A stretch of 63,985 nt of DNA, counting the filler, from Olpidium bornovanus S191 (Eukaryota; Fungi; Olpidiomycota), in assembly GCA_017911155.1 (NCBI GenBank). It is 29 parts of 29 records of this genome, joined end to end, with 100 filler letters (N's around TTAATTAATTAA, not from the genome) between each part and the next. Parts side by side here need not be neighbours in the genome. Positions count along the whole stretch, not along the records: positions 59,190 to 60,962 come from JAEFCI010002317.1; positions 61,063 to 62,885 come from JAEFCI010006377.1; positions 62,986 to 63,985 come from JAEFCI010008403.1; 26 more parts are not named here. One strand, given 5' to 3'. The notes beneath the pieces were generated by a model that was given only the letters and a program-made list of their open reading frames with translations, was not told the DNA's origin and did not search any database. The translations under genes were made by a program, and so were the position numbers. Of this stretch, positions 59,192-63,985 are shown piece after piece. Numbering within the stretch: the first letter of the stretch is position 1; every line of letters starts with the position of its first letter.

Positions 59192-60260
59192 ATGGCCGAA
59201 ACTCTTTGGTTCTCGCACGTCGATGTTGGGCGGGAAGCCACTTGGGAAGCAATGCAACGCCTTCTCAGGATGCACTATGCAAACGAATTCGAAAGCCTTG
59301 ATGCAACCAGGAAGCTTCGCTCATTGAAGCAGACCGGCACAGTGCAGGATTACACGCTGCAATTTAACACAACCGCCTCACTGATCACAGGGACCACCCC
59401 TGACAGACTCCTTTTCCAGTACCTGGATAATTTCTCTGACCCCGTTCGTCGGGCCATTGCGGCCATTCCTGGGAACATCACAAACCTCCAGGGCTGTCAG
59501 GCCGCAGCGCTCCAGTACGACGCGTTAACTAGCTTCTCACTCGACTGCTCAAAGATTACGGCATTGAGCACACAGGGAAGGCCTGTTTCTAAGAACATGG
59601 ATAGACGTTCAGGCTGGAATTCCAATTTCCATGGCCCAAAATCTGGATCACGCCTGGACCGTCACAAGGGTCAAAGTGCTCTGTCTAGGGAGCACGTCGC
59701 CACCAAGCCTAAACACCCTTGCAAGTTTTGCAATTCAGCAGAACACTTCCAGAGCGACTGTCCTCGTATCCCGCGTGAACTTCATGATGATGCCAAAAAG
59801 AACACCCCGGAACGTCAAAGGAATGATGACAAGGGCAATGGTGATGTCTGCCATGATCACCCAGCTGCCAGAGCCCTTGCCGCATGCGCTTGTGATCACC
59901 CAATGGCGACTACTATTCGTTAATTATTATTGACTCTGGTGCGACTCAGCACATGTTCAATAACCCCGACGCGTTTGCCGATACCAGCCAAGCCGTTATC
60001 AACATCTAGGTCGCAGACGGGTCACACATAAAATCGGCCGGCGACGGGAATGTCGCCCTCACCCAATTGCAAGGCTGTGGACTCATTCTCGAAGATGCCC
60101 TCCATGTACCATCCTTTTCAACGTCACTGTTCTCGATTGTGAGAGCATGCGATCACAATGCTACTGTGACGTTTACGGCAAACATGGTCGAGATTCGAGA
60201 CCCGACAACATCAGGATTAATTGCGACTGGGTCACGACACGAAAATCTTTACCACCTATG
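59192..60260 (+). mobile_element. LTR retrotransposon gag (capsid plus CCHC knuckle) followed by a Copia-type protease and the GAG-pre-integrase lead-in
   Basis: TWEAMQRLL...KLRSLKQTGTVQDYTLQF (Retrotrans_gag-like); CKFCNSAEHFQSDC; then in the -1 frame IIIDSGATQHMFNN, VADGSHI.SAGDG.V, DALHVPSFSTSLFSI, IATGSRHENLYHL, with one in-frame TAG at 60007. Confidence 0.88.
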
Positions 60261-60800
60261 CACCGTGGTGAAAATGACCATCAGCGGCACGATCCGTGGG
60301 TCGACCGAGCCAATTTCGTCGTCGTTGAACGCAAAGGCTCTGCCAAGCGGCCGAATCATCGACCGAAACAGGGCGACCTCCGGGTCGCTCAGCAATCCAT
60401 CTCCTCCAATCCGCAGCTGCGCGAGGGTCGCGTTGGTAAAACAGTGCCCGATCGACGCCGCCGGCCGCAACCGCGGCTCAGCCCGAGCTCGTTCGATCCG
60501 TTCCTCCGCCCCCGGCGGCAGCTCCTCTGCCATTGGCCACACCTTCCGGGCCACCGGCTTGTATGCTGCGTACACCTTCGCTTCCGCTTCCGGAGGGGTC
60601 GGCAGCTTCGGGAGCAGCCGCGCGAGCAGCGCCACTTCCGCCAAGGACGTCAGAGCGACCCGCCCGTCGGCGTCCATCGCTCGGGGCGCCGCTTCGAAGC
60701 GTTCCTTAGGGCCTTCCGCGAAAACCTCTTTGTAAAGGCCCCACGTCTGCTCGTGGTCCGCCTCCGTCTTCTCATTCTCAGCAATCGCCCTCCGCCGTTC
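60249..60800 (-). mobile_element. Ty3/Gypsy pol fragment (region upstream of RT), convergent with the preceding element
   Basis: VYAAYKPVARKVWP and LFRSMI..LGRAFAFNDDEIG.V...V...VIFT match the YK.V.RKV.P / AFAF...E.G linker seen in fungal Gypsy elements. Confidence 0.7.
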
Positions 60801-61063
60801 TAGCCGACGTCGGACTCGGCGGCAGAGCGCCTCCTGCGGGACATGGCACGTCAGGCCGATGCCTTCGTGCGCGTGGATCGCAAAGACACGCCACGCGGTC
60901 GTCGCTCTGCTGCGGCCGGTGCTTCGGGCTCCCTGTCGGTGGCGAAAGTCGTCGACAAGAAANNNNNNNNNNNNNNNNNNNNNNNNNNNNNNNNNNNNNN
61001 NNNNNNTTAATTAATTAANNNNNNNNNNNNNNNNNNNNNNNNNNNNNNNNNNNNNNNNNNNNC

Positions 61064-61690
61064 ATGCGTCGTCCTGTCCCACAACGGACAGACATCGCCC
61101 CGGCAGCAGAAAAGGCGCGGTATGGCAAGCTCATCGGATCTCTCATCTACCTGTCCACACGCACCCGCCCAGACATTGCCCCTGCAATCGGCTTCCTTAG
61201 TCGCTTCACCACCAATCTGTGCGCCGCGCATTGGAACGCATTGAAGCGAGTTTTGCGCTACCTTCGCTGCATGACAGAATTTGGACTGTTTTCCGCGGGT
61301 GCAATCCACAGACACCAAGCCGTATGTCTGCGCGTACGTCGACAGTGACTGGGCCTCGGCCGTCGGCAACAGAAAATCTATTTCTGGATACATCACTCAG
61401 TTTGGCGCATCACATGCTCCCGGCCAATCCCGCGCATCCATCACCTGGCACAGCGGGAAACAACCATGTATCGTGCAGTCATCCACTGAAGCTGAAGTGA
61501 TCGCCGCCTCGGAATCCTGTCGTGAAATCTTGTGGCTTCACCACATCAGCGAGGATATCCTCGGTGACTCCAGCCCAGTTTCCCTACACATCGATAATCA
61601 CGGCGTAATCGACATAGCCAAGGACACGCGCAGAATCAGTACGCGTTCAAAACACATCAACGTCCGACACTTGTACGTCGGCGAAGCAGC
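61064..61690 (+). mobile_element. Ty1/Copia RT C-terminus plus RNase H, frameshifted
   Basis: YGKLIGSLIYLSTRTRPDIAPAIGFLSRF...HWNALKRVLRYL; AYVDSDWAS...RKSISGY, SSTEAEVIAA, IDNHGVI, RSKHINVRHLYV. Confidence 0.92.
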
Positions 61691-61850
61691 CGTCATGCGA
61701 GATACACGAAGCGCATTTGTTTTTTGTTTCAATTTCAATTCAATTTTTATCCCTATTGCCTCCGTCCGTTTCTTCACATTCAACTTCTGTTTAGTTTCCG
61801 TATTTCTTTTCTTTCGGTAGATCCTTATTTCTTCTTTTCGGATCGGGACT

Positions 61851-61953
61851 TGAGAGGGGTTGTCGGAGCCCTTAAGTCCACATCCTCCGCCCAGCCAAAA
61901 ACACTGCCACACCACAACGCTGTAAACACACACAAAGAAAACACCAACTGTCA
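61851..61953 (+). mobile_element. Possible polypurine tract plus ~93-bp 3' LTR
   Basis: TGAGAGGGGT followed by TGTCGGAG...ACACCAACTGTCA, downstream of the Copia RNase H; it has an A/C-rich 3' half like the other candidate LTR ends. Confidence 0.35.
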
Positions 61954-63028
61954 CGGCGCGCGCCCGTTACCCGCGCGTTACGGTGGCGTCAAACCCCTCT
62001 CGGGCGGCCTCAAACCCCTCTCGGGGGCAGCCGGCCGAGCGCCGATCACGTGACTCAAACCCTTTTCCCCCTCCCCCCCCTCCCCCCCGACACCGCACGA
62101 ACGGAACTCTCCGCCCGCTCTTCCGCGCCCGCCCGCCCGCCCGCCGCCAAACGAAAAAAACACATAAAGAACAGAGGAGAGGAAGAACCCGCCGGGAAAA
62201 AAAACAATGGTGCGCGGAGCCGTGCGGGGCGCCGCCGCCCTCCTCCCCCGCCTGCCCCTTCCCGCCGCCTCCCTTCTCGTCCTTCCTCTCCTCCGAAAAG
62301 TCCGTCTTCGAGAAGGACTTTTTCTACTCCCGCCGCCCTTCCCCCCCCCCCCCCCCCCCCCGCCTCTGGGAGTTTTCGCAGTTTGGCAACGGCCCACACA
62401 CGCACACGCATACGTCGCCCCGTCCTCCTCGTCCGACTTCTCCGTCCCCGCGCCAGCCTGGGGGACCTCATGTTCGTTTTCTTTTTTCTTTTTTTTTTTC
62501 TTTTTTGCGCAACGGAACAGGCCTCCCGCACCTTTGATAATGTGATACAGCTGGATCGCGATCAAGAAGATCAGCAGGAAGCCCGACCAGGCCTAGCTGC
62601 TGCCGAAAAAAGCGCTGCCGAGCGGGGGGGGCACGACGGCCAGCAAAATCGGCCAGCCGTGCTTGTAGGACAAAAGCCCGCCTCCGCGCCCGCCCGCCGC
62701 CGCCGCCTCCGCGGAACCGCTGCCGTCGCGGCGGCTCCTGTTCCCTTCGCACGCGCCCGCCCGGGATGATGACCCGCCCGCCGGCTTCCTTGTTCCGCGT
62801 TCCATTAGGATAGCGGGCCCGGGTAAGGTAGTTTGCCTCTGTAAATATAACAGATTTGATTCGTCGCCCTGTTATTCACGCCATGNNNNNNNNNNNNNNN
62901 NNNNNNNNNNNNNNNNNNNNNNNNNNNNNTTAATTAATTAANNNNNNNNNNNNNNNNNNNNNNNNNNNNNNNNNNNNNNNNNNNNAAGCGTGCTGCCCCG
63001 GCCCCCCCCAGCCGCTCCCCCCCCCGCA

Positions 63029-63059
<31 letters not shown>

Positions 63060-63060
63060 G

Positions 63061-63166
<106 letters not shown>

Positions 63167-63985
63167 GCCGCCGACCTGCGCGCGAGCGAGAAGCCTCCCA
63201 CCCCGAACCCCGCGCCGCCGGGGGAAGAGGGGACGTGGCGGCCGCGTTCGCCGTCAACCGCGTCTTCCCCCCTTCCGCAGGCGGGAGAGAGCGAGAGAAC
63301 CTCCTCGGCAGTAAAAGGCGGCACCTCGCCTCATTCCCCCCATCTCCCACCCCCCCTTCTCAACACCTTCTTAGGCGAAAAAATAAACCCGGTTGCCAGG
63401 GGGCGAGCTGGCGGGGCTGCCGCCCTTGGTTACGCGGAGAGAAAGGTGGGGCGGGGGGAACAGGAGGCGGGGGGGGGGGGCCTGGGAAGGGGAAGGGACG
63501 GGAACGGGGAGGGGCTCAACACAAAGGACAAACCAGAGACAGAATAGAATCGTGTGCTTCAAATAATACAAACTCTTGAGTACGCAAGTGCCAGAAAATG
63601 CCAAAAGTTACCAGGTTATGTCCCTGACGCCGGATTAATCTTTCGAGCGATTTCGCTTTTTACTGAAAATGCCGGGCTCAGTTGTGCAATACGATCAGAG
63701 TCGGAATTCTCAAAACCCCGGGTTTCTTGTACCTTCCCTCCTCCAACTTTTCTTCTTCCTTACGCTCACTTTTACCTATTCAATATTACAACTTTCTCTT
63801 TTTTCTTCCCCCTCCCACTTGCGCTTTCATTGTGGGCCCGTAACAGTCTCGAGTCAAAGGTTCGCAGAGGCGACGCCGGTCGGGCGATGAAGTTCGCATT
63901 CGTCAAAGGTAAAAAAAAGGTAGAAACTACTGCACAGATATCATTTATAGACCGTCCTGCATCCCGAAGGCAACAGTGACGCATG

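Larger units (their letters stand above)
2025..62985. other. 28 artificial contig linkers (~44 N + TTAATTAATTAA + ~44 N); the window is a concatenation of 29 contigs
   Basis: Identical ~100-bp spacers with a stop-in-all-six-frames 12-mer start at 2025, 3528, 6991, 8565, 10908, 14287, 15808, 17787, 19086, 20485, 21790, 23214, 26614, 29632, 31824, 34864, 37210, 38436, 42058, 45580, 48387, 50025, 51199, 53983, 55584, 59090, 60963 and 62886. Genes are cut mid-exon at them. Confidence 0.99.

Noticed and set aside
62534-62594. Minus-strand exon-like segment AWSGFLLIFLIAIQLYHIIK with AG/GT borders
   Set aside because: Probably a real membrane-protein exon, but too short to assign and I could not link neighbouring exons.

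Overview
Eukaryotic, almost certainly fungal, draft-genome DNA. The window is 29 short contigs (about 1-3.5 kb) joined by 28 artificial ~100-bp linkers (N-run + TTAATTAATTAA + N-run), so gene order across linkers carries no information. The DNA is GC-rich, intron-rich and full of G/C and A/T homopolymer runs. Mostly partial spliced genes can be recognised: MTR4, a tandem-PH (Opy1-like) protein, Phe-tRNA synthetase beta, UFD1, ZMYND10, DTD1, CENP-C/Mif2, HUB1, CCDC39, a DEK_C/HIRIP3-like histone chaperone, a fungal MIT-domain protein, RIT1, KHDC4, arginase, PP2A-B55 (CDC55), and a complete 8-exon TypA/BipA GTPase with a mitochondrial-type presequence. Two motile-flagellum genes (ZMYND10, CCDC39) alongside fungal-type genes point to a zoosporic fungus. 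An Olpidium-like organism is my inference, not something the sequence proves. About a dozen decayed Ty1/Copia, Ty3/Gypsy, pogo-like and possibly piggyBac-like pieces are present, plus three orphan ORFs with signal peptides. Most worth following up: the nuclear TypA, the orphan secreted proteins, a retroelement joining a Gypsy-type capsid to a Copia-type protease, and non-canonical splicing (10- and 14-nt microexons, GC donors, AAG acceptors). I found no rRNA, tRNA or CRISPR array. All homology calls come from motif recognition by eye; no searches were run.
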